Shown: positions 27,458 through 37,469, numbered from the stretch's first letter. The stretch: DNA of 64,000 nucleotides from Chlamydiia bacterium (GCA_044359535.1 JBIKLZ010000002.1:1-64000); one strand, 5' to 3'. Made by a program: numbers and translations. Notes: generated by a model from the sequence alone, not told the origin.

Positions 27458-29173
27458 ATGTCAGAAAATAAACCACAGAAGATCATCGTTCAATTGCCCG
27501 GAACCCCAAGGGATATGGTTGAATCTCTTCCAATGATTGATGCTTTAAAAGGGTATTTCCCGCACATAGAACTTTCTGTCCTTGTTCGACAAAATATGGA
27601 GGGATTTTTAAGAGGCAAAAATATAGATCACTGTATTGTTTTTAAAAAATGGCCCCGTTTTGCCCCATTATTAAATAATGGAGAAGATGTCATTACGTTT
27701 ATTCAGAAAAATGAGTACGATGTGGGGATCACTATTCCAGAATCCTTTTCCTCAGCCTATCTTTTTTTTCAAGGGATGGTAAAACAACGGATAGGGTTTA
27801 ATCGATTAGGGGGCTCGTTTTTGCTCACTCAAGCAGTTCCAAAAGGGCCCTATAGAGATCTATTAAAACCTTTGGGGATAGAGCGTCCTCAATGGAAACC
27901 TTCTTTAGAAAGTGGATCAAAAAAACTTCCTTATCTTCATATTGGGATAAAATGTGCTTTTGACCATTTTAATAAAGCAAAGAAATGGTTAAAGGAAATG
28001 ACCCCTTTTTTATTAGGGGAAATTCCTGATCTCAAAATTTCGATTCTTGGTAAGAAGGAAAATTTTAAAGAGATGGATGAAGTGATAGGGGATAAAACTC
28101 AATCCATTCAAAGGATCTGTTTAGAATCCGATTATGCGGTAATTATTGATTTAGTACATACGTTAGATGTCCTTGTTACAGATGATCCTCATCTAATGGC
28201 GATAGCTAAAGGTGTCGATACATCGGTTGTCGATATTACTGGCCTAGTGGGAAACCCCCAACTTTTTCCTGAAGATTTCTTTTTTCGGATCAAAGATGCA
28301 CTGTTACACCCATTAAAACAAAGGGTTATACCCCCTTATTTTTCTGAACTTATCCCCATTACCTCGGGATTTTCTCTACATAACAGATCGATTGTGATCA
28401 AAAAAAGGGTAGGGGTGATTATTTTAGCAGGGGGAGTTGGACGAAGACTAGGGCTAGATAAGCCAAAAGGGTTTTTAGAGTTAGGATCAAAAAATCTTTT
28501 CGATATTTTATTAGAAAAAACAACTGGAGCTGAAAAAATTGGGATCCTTACCTCTCCAATCACTTATAAAGAGACAGCAACCTATTGTGAAGGGAAAAAG
28601 ATCGATTTGTTTAACAAAAAGGTCTATCCAACAGAAGGGGGGGATGGGGTAAGCCCTGAGGGCAATGGGGCCCTTTTTGACGCTCTTGTCCATTCCCCAT
28701 ATTGGGAACAATGGAAAGATTTAGATATCATTTCAGTGATTCCCATTGATAATCCCCTTGCCGATCCACTGGATGTTGAATTGATTTCTACAGAAAAGCA
28801 ATTAGCTGTAATTGGTGTGTTTAGAGATAAAAAGGAAGAGCGTATGGGGGTCCTTTGTCTTGATAAGGGGGCACTTGTGGTTAGAGAGTATTTTACTTTA
28901 GGGACAAGTGGGATGGAAGGTCTTGGCTATAGCGGAATTTTTGCTGCCACTCCTTCATTTTTTAAAAGTGTAGCCCTTGAAACACTCCCTTTTTACCGAA
29001 TCAAGAAACAAAATCAAATATTTTATGAACGCCTTTTAATCGATGGATTTAAGTATGCAAAGGATTTTGAGGTGATTGAAAAGGAACGTAAAAAATGCTT
29101 TTTTCCTATCAAAGAAAAAAGAGATTTATTTACCTATTGTAATCAGATGAGTAGTGGAGGAAAAGAAGGATGA
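27458..29173 (+). CDS. Fusion of a degenerate GT9 (heptosyltransferase-like) domain and a UDPGP/UAP-family nucleotidyltransferase
   Basis: N-terminal GT9-like motifs (IIVQLP..RDMV..LP, QRIGF, LVTDD..LM.IA); C-terminal ILAGGVGRRLG-DKPKG, SPEGNG, PIDNPL, FFPIK; one uninterrupted 571-aa frame. Confidence 0.75.
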   Translation: MSENKPQKIIVQLPGTPRDMVESLPMIDALKGYFPHIELSVLVRQNMEGFLRGKNIDHCIVFKKWPRFAPLLNNGEDVITFIQKNEYDVGITIPESFSSAYLFFQGMVKQRIGFNRLGGSFLLTQAVPKGPYRDLLKPLGIERPQWKPSLESGSKKLPYLHIGIKCAFDHFNKAKKWLKEMTPFLLGEIPDLKISILGKKENFKEMDEVIGDKTQSIQRICLESDYAVIIDLVHTLDVLVTDDPHLMAIAKGVDTSVVDITGLVGNPQLFPEDFFFRIKDALLHPLKQRVIPPYFSELIPITSGFSLHNRSIVIKKRVGVIILAGGVGRRLGLDKPKGFLELGSKNLFDILLEKTTGAEKIGILTSPITYKETATYCEGKKIDLFNKKVYPTEGGDGVSPEGNGALFDALVHSPYWEQWKDLDIISVIPIDNPLADPLDVELISTEKQLAVIGVFRDKKEERMGVLCLDKGALVVREYFTLGTSGMEGLGYSGIFAATPSFFKSVALETLPFYRIKKQNQIFYERLLIDGFKYAKDFEVIEKERKKCFFPIKEKRDLFTYCNQMSSGGKEG

Positions 29174-30147
29174 AAGTGGGATTTTTAGGAAGTGGAATTT
29201 GGGCGATGGCACTTATCAAGCTTTTAACAAAAAATAAACATGATGTTTTACTCTGGTCTTTAGAGGAGCACGTCTTAGATTCATTGGAAAAAACCGGTAG
29301 CCATCCAACGTTTAAAACCGCAGTCTTTCATCATCATTTAGAGGTGACAAGAAATATAGAAGATCTTCTTGATCAAGAGGTCATTATTGAGTGTGTTACA
29401 GCAAAAGGGGTTCGAGAGGTTTTGAAAAAACTTACCCAAAGGGGAAAGTTTAAAATCCCTTTTATCCTCTCTTCAAAAGGGATAGAGACCCATACAGGGG
29501 AAATTTTATCTGAAATTGCAGAAGAAATCTTAGGAAAAGGGGAAAAAATTGGCTACATTAGTGGTCCAACACTTGCAGATGAAGTTCTCCTTGATCATCC
29601 CACCTGTGCAGTTGCTGGATCAAAGCATAGAGATGTTCAAAACCTAATCATAGAGCTTTTTCAAGGGGAGCATTTTCAAATTTCGGGATCTTTTGATCTT
29701 CATGGGGTCGCTCTTGGGGGGGCGATGAAAAATGTGATTGCTATTGCTGCTGGAATGGCTACTGGCCTTGGCTATGGCTTTAATACAAAAGCGATGCTTT
29801 TAACAAAAGGGCTTGAAGAATTAAAGAAAATGGCTGTGATTAAAGGGTGTCTTGAAGAAACGATGGACACATTATCAGGGATTGGGGATCTTATTGTAAC
29901 AGGGGTGACCCCCCTTTCTAGAAACTACCGCTTTGGAAAATTTATTGGAGAAGGGCTTTCTGCTCAAATGGCAAAAGAGGAAATTAAAATGGTAGTGGAA
30001 GGGGAGTACACAGTAAAGGCAGCCTATGAGCTGATGATTAAGTCAAAAGTACCCCTTCCAATCACAGAAAGTGTCTATAAAGTCTTAAATGAGGGACTTT
30101 TACCCCGAACCGCAATTTTAAACATTTTGCATCATAAATCCAGTTGA
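29170..30147 (+). CDS. gpsA: NAD(P)H-dependent glycerol-3-phosphate dehydrogenase
   Basis: GSGIWA, SKGIE, SGPTLA, GGAMKNVIAIAAG, GIGDLIVT, SRN. Confidence 0.95.
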   Translation: MKVGFLGSGIWAMALIKLLTKNKHDVLLWSLEEHVLDSLEKTGSHPTFKTAVFHHHLEVTRNIEDLLDQEVIIECVTAKGVREVLKKLTQRGKFKIPFILSSKGIETHTGEILSEIAEEILGKGEKIGYISGPTLADEVLLDHPTCAVAGSKHRDVQNLIIELFQGEHFQISGSFDLHGVALGGAMKNVIAIAAGMATGLGYGFNTKAMLLTKGLEELKKMAVIKGCLEETMDTLSGIGDLIVTGVTPLSRNYRFGKFIGEGLSAQMAKEEIKMVVEGEYTVKAAYELMIKSKVPLPITESVYKVLNEGLLPRTAILNILHHKSS

Positions 30148-30191
30148 AATAAACCTTTCTTTCTGCAATCTGAGAGAAAAAAGGTGTTTTT

Positions 30192-31670
30192 TTGAAACAT
30201 GTCGATCGAAACATTTCTCTTTATGGGGAAAAGATTGTCTCAGCTCAAGCAATGGCTCATTTTGAAAAAGATCTCATAATGAAAGAGCCTTTTTTAGAAG
30301 AACTATTTATGGACAATGTAGCAGAGGGCTGCTTGAAAATTTTGGAGGAAAAAGTTTTTCCATTTAAAAAGTTTGAAAAAGTAGTCCTTTTAGTGGGGAA
30401 AGGAAATAATGGTGCCGATGCCTATACTATAGGCGCTTTACTTGCTGAACAAGGGGTGTGTGTTGAGGCGTTTGCCCTGTATAAAGATACAACGCCTCTT
30501 TCTAAAAAAAAGGAAAAACTATTTTATGAAATGGGGGGAAGGGTCTATTCTGATAAAGAACTCACTCTTTCTCAAGAAGACTTGGTGATTGATGGATTAT
30601 TAGGGACTGGATATAAAGGAAAAATTGAGTCTCCTCTTAAGGAAGTGATCGATAGAGTAAATGGGTTTCAAGCCTTTGTCTTTTCAATAGATATCCCTTC
30701 GGGGGTAGATGGAGATAGTGGGAGGGTCTATTCAAATGCACTGTATGCCGATATGACGGCCTATTTAGGGACTTTAAAAAAGGGTCATTTGTTTGAAAAG
30801 GGATTGCTTTATTCAGGAGTTCTGCACTACGTTGATTTTGGCCTTGATTGCAGCCTCCTTGAAACAGATCTCTACCTTTTTAATGCCCACTGCCTTAAAC
30901 AAAATCTACCAAAACGATCAAAAATTGGAAATAAGTATGATGTGGGGCAATGTATTGCTGTGTGTGGAAATACCGGAATGAGGGGAGCTGCCGAGCTTTC
31001 TTGCAAAGCTGCATATAGATCAGGCTGTGGTCTTGTAAGACATTTTTATCTTGGAGAGGGGTTTTGCTCGATGAGTGAGGTGATTTCTTTAAAAATGGAT
31101 CATCAAAAATTCGATCAAGAACTTTATCGAACAAAAGCACTCCTTATCGGTCCGGGTTTAGGGAGGGAGGAAGAGGCAAAAGCCCTTGTTGATAGAATTG
31201 TTCAGATTCAACATATCCCAATGGTGATTGATGGGGATGCCCTTTTTTTCCTCAAAAGTCCCCCTAAGGGAGCCATTTTAACCCCCCACAGGGGAGAACT
31301 TTTACATCTACTTGGGGTGGGTAAAGACAGTAGTGAAGAAACCTTAATTAAAAAAGCTCAAGAGTATTGCAATCTTTTCGATGTGATTGTGGTTTATAAA
31401 GGGGTACCTACAGTTATTTTTTCTCCAAACAAACCAAAACTTGTGATTGTTTCTGGCAATCCAGGGATGAGTTCAGGGGGTGTGGGGGATGTCCTTTCCG
31501 GGATTATAGGGTCTTTTTTGGCTCAAGGGGCAAGAGCAATTGATGCTGCCACTTTAGGTGTAACAGTACACGGAAAAGCTGCCGATAGTGCTGCAAATCA
31601 TTTATCAGAGCCCTTCATGTGTGCTTCAGATATTATTGATCACCTTTCTTCTGTTTTTTTATCTCTTTAG
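30192..31670 (+). CDS. nnr: Bifunctional NAD(P)H-hydrate epimerase/dehydratase (YjeF/Nnr)
   Basis: GKGNNGAD, DGLLGTG, DIPSG, GPGLG, DGDAL, LTPHRGE, GGVGDVLSG. Confidence 0.93.
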   Translation: MKHVDRNISLYGEKIVSAQAMAHFEKDLIMKEPFLEELFMDNVAEGCLKILEEKVFPFKKFEKVVLLVGKGNNGADAYTIGALLAEQGVCVEAFALYKDTTPLSKKKEKLFYEMGGRVYSDKELTLSQEDLVIDGLLGTGYKGKIESPLKEVIDRVNGFQAFVFSIDIPSGVDGDSGRVYSNALYADMTAYLGTLKKGHLFEKGLLYSGVLHYVDFGLDCSLLETDLYLFNAHCLKQNLPKRSKIGNKYDVGQCIAVCGNTGMRGAAELSCKAAYRSGCGLVRHFYLGEGFCSMSEVISLKMDHQKFDQELYRTKALLIGPGLGREEEAKALVDRIVQIQHIPMVIDGDALFFLKSPPKGAILTPHRGELLHLLGVGKDSSEETLIKKAQEYCNLFDVIVVYKGVPTVIFSPNKPKLVIVSGNPGMSSGGVGDVLSGIIGSFLAQGARAIDAATLGVTVHGKAADSAANHLSEPFMCASDIIDHLSSVFLSL

Positions 31671-34600
31671 TCCCTCTTCTTCTAGAATTTTTTGCCATTC
31701 ATGGATGACAGAAGCGGCAAGGGGAGCAGCTTCTTTACCGTGGTTACCAAAACGCAATTGGACAACGACCACTAAATCGGCATTAGAAAAGATGGTTGTA
31801 TCCTCAAAAGAAATGGCAGTAAACCAGATATTTTTTACTATGGTAGCTTCTTGTTCCCTATCAAGGGTGGGTTTATAGGCAATTTCTGCAGTAGAAGTTT
31901 TCCCCCCCATATTTTTCATAACACTTTTATATACAGCTCGTTTATAAGGATTTGTAAGCAAAGAGGAAATCACTTCAGGACGGGCTGTCCCTTTTGATGA
32001 ATTGACAACTTTGTACAGACTCATCATCAATGTTTTATGGACAAGATCGGGGATTTCAAAGGATCGGACCACTTCTTTTTTAAAGGGTTGTAAGTAAGGG
32101 ATTTTTGTTGCTTCCTCCCCTTGAGGAAAGAGGGGAAAAAAGATGCCAATATTTTCGTATTGTTTTTCGTAGTGAGAGGGTTTAGTAAAAAGAAGTTTTA
32201 TTGGATCTTTTTCACTTTCTATATTGGCGATGGCTTTGACAATTTGAGGTTTAAGGACCTTGCCATTATTTACAATTGCCGAAAGGGCGACAGCGGTTTG
32301 TAAAGGGGTGACAATTAGGGAGTGCTGGCCAATAGCAAAGGAGTAGAGGGAGGTTTTATTGGTTAAGATATCTGTAGGGATAGATCCACACGATTCATAA
32401 GGGAGGTCAACCCCTGTTTTAGAGCCAAAACCTAGAGTTTTAGCTGTTGCAATAAGGTGGTTGGGGTCTTTAATGACATTTGAGGCAAGAAGAGCGTAAT
32501 AAAGGTTTGAAGATTTTTCCATCGCTTCAGAAAAGTTGACCTTTCCGATGTTTTGATGCCCTCTTGGAAGGCGTCCCCCTTTGTACATTCTTGTAATGGG
32601 GTTGTAGTTAAGATCGTAACCTAAAACAGAGTTTTTAGTAAGCTTTGCTGAATAGGGGGGGGAGTTATCGATAATAGTCATTGGATTTAATGGGAAGGAG
32701 GGGTTTTGTAAGGAGGCGTAGTATTCCATTAATGCTTGATAGCCAACAAAAACCTTAAAACTTGAGCCTAAGGGGGTGTTTTCAGCAAAGGCATGAGACT
32801 TAGAAAATCCAAACCCTTTACCTGGATAAAAGGATCGAGCTAAATCTTTTTCTGTAAGGGTATTTCCAGATTTAAAGGGGAAATAGTATTTTCCATATAA
32901 AGGTCTATGAAGTTCGTCAAAAGAGCGCATCGTTTTTATGTAGGGAATGATCTGTGATTCAGATAGAAGTTTTAAATGATCACGGAGTTTAATGTAGGAG
33001 GGGTTTTTATTTTCTAAACCTTTTTCAATAAGGGCTTGAAAATAGGGGATTCTTAGGTCTTTTGGATGGATGGGAGCTCCAACAGTTAAATATGCCGAAA
33101 TAAATTCCCATTTATTGATCTCAAAGAATTGATGATACAAGGTTTTTTCAATCTCTTCTAAATAGGTGATGTAGGGTTTTGCGGGGGTTTTATTTTTCTG
33201 TTCCTCAAGACGTTTACTTGCCAAAAATTCTTTGAAATAGGTGCTTTTCCACTCTTTAAATTCGGTGGTATGGAAAATTTTTTTTGTGATGTGAGAAACC
33301 TCTTTTTCAACAGAAATTTTTGCATTTCCAAATTCTTTATAGGTAGAAAGGGATTCATCCCCAGTTTCTGCAAGGAGAGTGTCATCAAAAAGGTGATTAG
33401 GGCAAAATAGGCGTAAGATATCAAGAAAAAGAATTTTATCATCATTTTTTTTAATAAGAGAAAAATAGGGATCGATTTCCCTATGAATTTCCCCTAAAAG
33501 GGAGGTGTTTGCCTCAATTGTAGAAAGGACTTCATCTATTTTTTCTTTACCTGTTCGATGAAAGGTGGGGGTGTGGGACAAAGGATGTGAGTAAAGAGCA
33601 TCGATTAAAGAGTGTATAGAGTTTTGTTTGGAAAGGGAAAGTAGGGTTTCGATACAATTTTGAATAAAGTTTGCCCCATGAATGGTTTTAACCTTTTCTA
33701 GGGCTTTTTTTACCCCTGAATTTTTTGATACAATGGAAGAGACAAAAAAGTTGAAATCCACTTCTTGAGTTTCTTGGACCCATGTATCTGTGTTAATATT
33801 ATAGGTTTCTTTAAAAAGAGATTTTTCCCCATCAAAGATTTTTGCAATGTGAGAAGGGGTTTCAAGCCATTGGAGAGCATTGTCCTTATTTTCTGAAGAA
33901 AAGTCATTGGGGTCAAAGGTGGGATAGGAAGCCATGGCTACAATTTCACCAGTAGAAGGGATCATAGCAACAATAGAGCCTCCTTTTATCCAAGGGGGGG
34001 GGATTTGGTGGTGATCTTTTCCTGCTCGATGAAAATCATCACTTCGAATTTTTTCACTATCGGCAAGGAGCTTTTCGCAGTGATCTTGGAGTTTTGAGGA
34101 GATAGTAAGGAGAATTCTTCGTCCTGGGGTTTCTTCATAGGATTCAGGAAGTGAGCACCTCTTATTTCCTTTGTGATCGACAAGGAAAAAATCTTTCCCA
34201 ATAGAGCCTTTAAGTTCATTATCAAAGATTTTTTCTATGCCACTTTTTCCAACATAGGAGTGAAGGGTATAGGATTTTTCAGTGAGGGCTTTTAGGGCTT
34301 GTTTACACTCTTTTATTGAATGGTACCCTTTTGGAAGGGGGGTAATTTGATCATTACTTTGATCGTCAAGGTACTGCTTTAGAGTCTGCATAGAGTTTTT
34401 TATCTTTAGATGCTCTTTTTCATCAATAGCTCCCATATACCCAAGAAGGTGGGAGGCTACTTTTCCTTGAGGATAGGTTCTTTTTTTGCATATTCTCATG
34501 TGGAGACCTGGAAATGTTGATTCCTTTTGTTTGAGTTGATAAAAAAGCTCTTCGGAGATCTCCTTTGCTAAATCAAAGGGGGTGCTAGGAAATAAAGAAG

Positions 34601-34997
34601 CTTTGCTATAAATAAGGTCTTCAATTGCTTGCGCCTCTTTATCACAAAATTTTTCTACGTAGGCGCTGAGTTTAGTGATGGCTTCTTTTCGAGGGAAGGA
34701 GATTTTTTTTTGTCCATTTTCATAAGAATAGGCCCTTTGTGGGAGGCTCTTGATTGGATCATATAGAATAGAGAGGGTGTAGGAGATCGTATTGATGGCA
34801 AGGGGGGTATTGAACCTGTCTCGGATTGTCCCTCTATTGGGGGTTTTGATGATCGATCTTAAAGCGGGTTTTGCAGCTAGAGAAAGATGATACTCATGTT
34901 TAAGGATAGAAAGATAGAAAATGCGTCCTGTAAATAGGATAAAAATCCCTCCTATAAGAAAGAGGATGCGTTGGATATGATAGGATATTTCTCTCAT
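31659..34997 (-). CDS. mrdA: Penicillin-binding protein 2 (chlamydial long-form class B transpeptidase)
   Basis: N-terminal TM, RGTIRDR, GKSGIE, SxxK (GSSFK), SxN (KSSN), KTS/KTG-like GKTSTAE. Start reassigned to ATG 34997. Confidence 0.88.
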   Translation of the reverse strand: MREISYHIQRILFLIGGIFILFTGRIFYLSILKHEYHLSLAAKPALRSIIKTPNRGTIRDRFNTPLAINTISYTLSILYDPIKSLPQRAYSYENGQKKISFPRKEAITKLSAYVEKFCDKEAQAIEDLIYSKASLFPSTPFDLAKEISEELFYQLKQKESTFPGLHMRICKKRTYPQGKVASHLLGYMGAIDEKEHLKIKNSMQTLKQYLDDQSNDQITPLPKGYHSIKECKQALKALTEKSYTLHSYVGKSGIEKIFDNELKGSIGKDFFLVDHKGNKRCSLPESYEETPGRRILLTISSKLQDHCEKLLADSEKIRSDDFHRAGKDHHQIPPPWIKGGSIVAMIPSTGEIVAMASYPTFDPNDFSSENKDNALQWLETPSHIAKIFDGEKSLFKETYNINTDTWVQETQEVDFNFFVSSIVSKNSGVKKALEKVKTIHGANFIQNCIETLLSLSKQNSIHSLIDALYSHPLSHTPTFHRTGKEKIDEVLSTIEANTSLLGEIHREIDPYFSLIKKNDDKILFLDILRLFCPNHLFDDTLLAETGDESLSTYKEFGNAKISVEKEVSHITKKIFHTTEFKEWKSTYFKEFLASKRLEEQKNKTPAKPYITYLEEIEKTLYHQFFEINKWEFISAYLTVGAPIHPKDLRIPYFQALIEKGLENKNPSYIKLRDHLKLLSESQIIPYIKTMRSFDELHRPLYGKYYFPFKSGNTLTEKDLARSFYPGKGFGFSKSHAFAENTPLGSSFKVFVGYQALMEYYASLQNPSFPLNPMTIIDNSPPYSAKLTKNSVLGYDLNYNPITRMYKGGRLPRGHQNIGKVNFSEAMEKSSNLYYALLASNVIKDPNHLIATAKTLGFGSKTGVDLPYESCGSIPTDILTNKTSLYSFAIGQHSLIVTPLQTAVALSAIVNNGKVLKPQIVKAIANIESEKDPIKLLFTKPSHYEKQYENIGIFFPLFPQGEEATKIPYLQPFKKEVVRSFEIPDLVHKTLMMSLYKVVNSSKGTARPEVISSLLTNPYKRAVYKSVMKNMGGKTSTAEIAYKPTLDREQEATIVKNIWFTAISFEDTTIFSNADLVVVVQLRFGNHGKEAAPLAASVIHEWQKILEEEGLKR

Positions 34998-35257
34998 AAG
35001 GATCACTATAACAATTCAAAAACTTTTTGACTTGGTTTTTTTATCCCATTTTTTCTAAAGACAGGATGTATAAATTTTTTTTTAAAAAAGGATATTTCTC
35101 CCTGGTTTTTCTTTAAACCATTCATAATTAAGAAGTTTAGGTTCTCATATAAAAACCGAAAGAGTGGGATTTCAAACAGCGTATGAAGCGCCTTTTAAAA
35201 TATTATTTATTTAATCCTTTAAAAAACTATGATAGTGCATAAACAAGAGGTTTTATT

Positions 35258-36346
35258 ATGGGAAATTTAGAAGTAATGGGGGCAAAGCCACCTTTTCAGC
35301 GAGAAGCAACTGAAAGGGGAAAAAAGGGGGCTGATTTCACATTTTTAGTTGGCGCGACTCTAACTGTTGTGCCAGCCCTAGCCGCTGTTTTTCTTTCATT
35401 TGGTCTTGAAACAGCACTTATTGCGATAGTTCTTGGTGGATTTTTAGGAGCTTTTGCAATAAAAAAAATGGTAGTGCCTATTGTGGGTAAAGAAAACTAT
35501 CAAATCATCCCAGTTGGACAACATTCCTATACAATTTCAGGAATTCCACAAAAAATTCATGATTTTTTTAATTTGTTTCTAACCACGATAGATGGGGATG
35601 AGCCGATTTATACATTTGGTTCTCTTGAATATGATATAAAAAATAAAAAAATTTTGAGATACTATGGTGAAAAAGCCTTCTTTGATATAGAAAATAATGA
35701 AACCTTACTAGGTTCAATGAAGGAAGTGGCCCCTCTTTTTTTTCACTATTTTTCTCAAACAGTATTAAAAGACCGACTAGATGCGGGAGATAACTGTGCA
35801 ATTATTCATTTTACTATAGTCCCCTTTCGAACAAATTTAACTTTAGTTCACCAAGATGGGGTTTCTTCAACAGATTTACGTCAGATGATCAATAATCAAG
35901 GGGATGAAAGAAACAGCAGATGGGAAGAAGGGAAAGATAGGGCTCTTTTAATGGATGATGCCTTACTTTTTGTATACAAAAAACCTAGAAATCCTCAATT
36001 ACCGATTATTCCTACGCTCTGTGTCGAATTTCCAAAAGGGTCTACCCTTTCTCATGAAATAAAGGCATTTAGGGAAAATTTTGAAATCAATGGAGACTAC
36101 CCTCAAAAACTTATAGAAGAGAATAAGAATTTATTCAAGTTGCCGAGAATAGATGAAAATATGGCGTGGCTGTTTAATAATAATCAGACTGTTCATGCAA
36201 CTCCGCATAAAAATGTTGTTGAACATTTTTATGGGAAAATGGTGGCAGAAAGATTGCTCGATCGAGCCTCTTTTGAGCTTTCTGAAGACCATAGATCGAC
36301 CCCATTTCTTAGAGTTTCTGTCTCAACATATCGTAAAACAAAATAA
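35258..36346 (+). CDS. Hypothetical protein with a bilobed hydrophobic N-domain and a putative 2OG-Fe(II) oxygenase domain
   Basis: SD GAGG; ~40-aa hydrophobic hairpin; HQDG ... VHATP ... LRVS motifs. Confidence 0.6.
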   Translation: MGNLEVMGAKPPFQREATERGKKGADFTFLVGATLTVVPALAAVFLSFGLETALIAIVLGGFLGAFAIKKMVVPIVGKENYQIIPVGQHSYTISGIPQKIHDFFNLFLTTIDGDEPIYTFGSLEYDIKNKKILRYYGEKAFFDIENNETLLGSMKEVAPLFFHYFSQTVLKDRLDAGDNCAIIHFTIVPFRTNLTLVHQDGVSSTDLRQMINNQGDERNSRWEEGKDRALLMDDALLFVYKKPRNPQLPIIPTLCVEFPKGSTLSHEIKAFRENFEINGDYPQKLIEENKNLFKLPRIDENMAWLFNNNQTVHATPHKNVVEHFYGKMVAERLLDRASFELSEDHRSTPFLRVSVSTYRKTK

Positions 36347-36446
36347 AATGAGGTTGACTCTAACACCTAAAAAACACTGTATAAAATGCAAAAACATTTC
36401 TTTAAATGTCTTATTATTGCAAATATCCCTCTAAATAAAAAAAGGC

Positions 36447-36476
36447 TTGCAACCAATCCACTGTTTTGTGTAGAAT
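36447..36476 (+). promoter_or_regulatory. Putative promoter for tRNA-Gly/rpsB
   Basis: TTGCAA (36447-36452), 18-nt spacer, TAGAAT (36471-36476). Confidence 0.55.
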
Positions 36477-36490
36477 GTTCTACATTATTT

Positions 36491-36561
36491 GCGCCCGTAG
36501 TTCAATGGTAGAACAATAGCCTTCCAAGCTATGAGTGTCAGTTCGATTCTGATCGGGCGCT
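36491..36561 (+). tRNA. tRNA-Gly (anticodon TCC)
   Basis: Acceptor GCGCCCG/CGGGCGC; anticodon arm ATAGC-CT-TCC-AA-GCTAT; T-loop GTTCGATTC; CCA not encoded. Confidence 0.97.
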
Positions 36562-36590
36562 ATCTTCCCTCATGGGTAGGGAGATTTTTT
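36562..36590 (+). terminator. Possible intrinsic terminator after tRNA-Gly
   Basis: ATCTTCCCT...AGGGAGAT imperfect stem followed by a T run. Confidence 0.5.
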
Positions 36591-36641
36591 GTAGCATCTT
36601 TTAAAGATGTAGAACCGTAGAAACACACAAGTGAGGTATTT

Positions 36642-37466
36642 TTGTCAGCGTTAAAAGAAAGAACAATCAATGTTTCCATAAAAGATTTATTAGATGCAGG
36701 GGTCCATTTTGGCCATCAAACCTACCGTTGGAATCCAAAAATGAAGCGATTCATTTATGAAGAGAGAAATGGGATCCATATTATTGATCTTTCAAAAACA
36801 ATGTATCACTTAAAAAAAGCTTGTGATGTGATTTCTAAGGAAGTGGCTAGGGGTAAAAGTGTTTTGTTTGTTGGAACAAAAAAACAAGCAAAGTTAGTTG
36901 TTGAAGATTGTGCAGAAGAGTGCGGGGAGTTCTACGTAGCTGAAAGATGGCTAGGGGGAATGCTTACAAATCTTGCCACCATTCGTGAGTCTATAAAAAA
37001 ATTAGAGCGCATCGAAAAAACCCTAGCTTTAGGAGCTGAAGGGCTGACTAAAAAAGAAGTCTCTCTTCTTATGAAAAAGCAAGTTAAATTAGACAAGAAC
37101 CTTTGTGGAATTAGAGCAATGAGAAAAGTCCCTGGGGTTTTAGTGGTTGTCGATCCCATTACTGAGCATTTAGCTGTAGCTGAGGCAAAAAAATTGGGAA
37201 TCCCAATTCTTGCTATTGTCGATACAAACGGAGACCCAGATTCTGTAGATTATGTTATTCCTGCCAATGACGATGCTTTAAAAAGCAATAAAGTCATTCT
37301 TAAAGCGTTGCAAGAGGCTATTGTTCAAGCTAAGGAGGAAAATGGTCTTCCTTTGAAAGGGGGAGAGGATGAAGAGAAACATTTTGTTTCTAAGAAATCT
37401 CACCATAGAGAGGACATTTCAAAATCTGCAAAAACTGCGGCAATATTAGAAGAAAAGGGAGTGTAA
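36642..37466 (+). CDS. rpsB: 30S ribosomal protein S2
   Basis: LLDAGVHFGHQ..RWNPKM, VGTKKQA, RWLGGMLTN, DTN.DP, PANDD; TTG start with SD GAGGT. Confidence 0.98.
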   Translation: MSALKERTINVSIKDLLDAGVHFGHQTYRWNPKMKRFIYEERNGIHIIDLSKTMYHLKKACDVISKEVARGKSVLFVGTKKQAKLVVEDCAEECGEFYVAERWLGGMLTNLATIRESIKKLERIEKTLALGAEGLTKKEVSLLMKKQVKLDKNLCGIRAMRKVPGVLVVVDPITEHLAVAEAKKLGIPILAIVDTNGDPDSVDYVIPANDDALKSNKVILKALQEAIVQAKEENGLPLKGGEDEEKHFVSKKSHHREDISKSAKTAAILEEKGV

Positions 37467-37469
37467 ACA

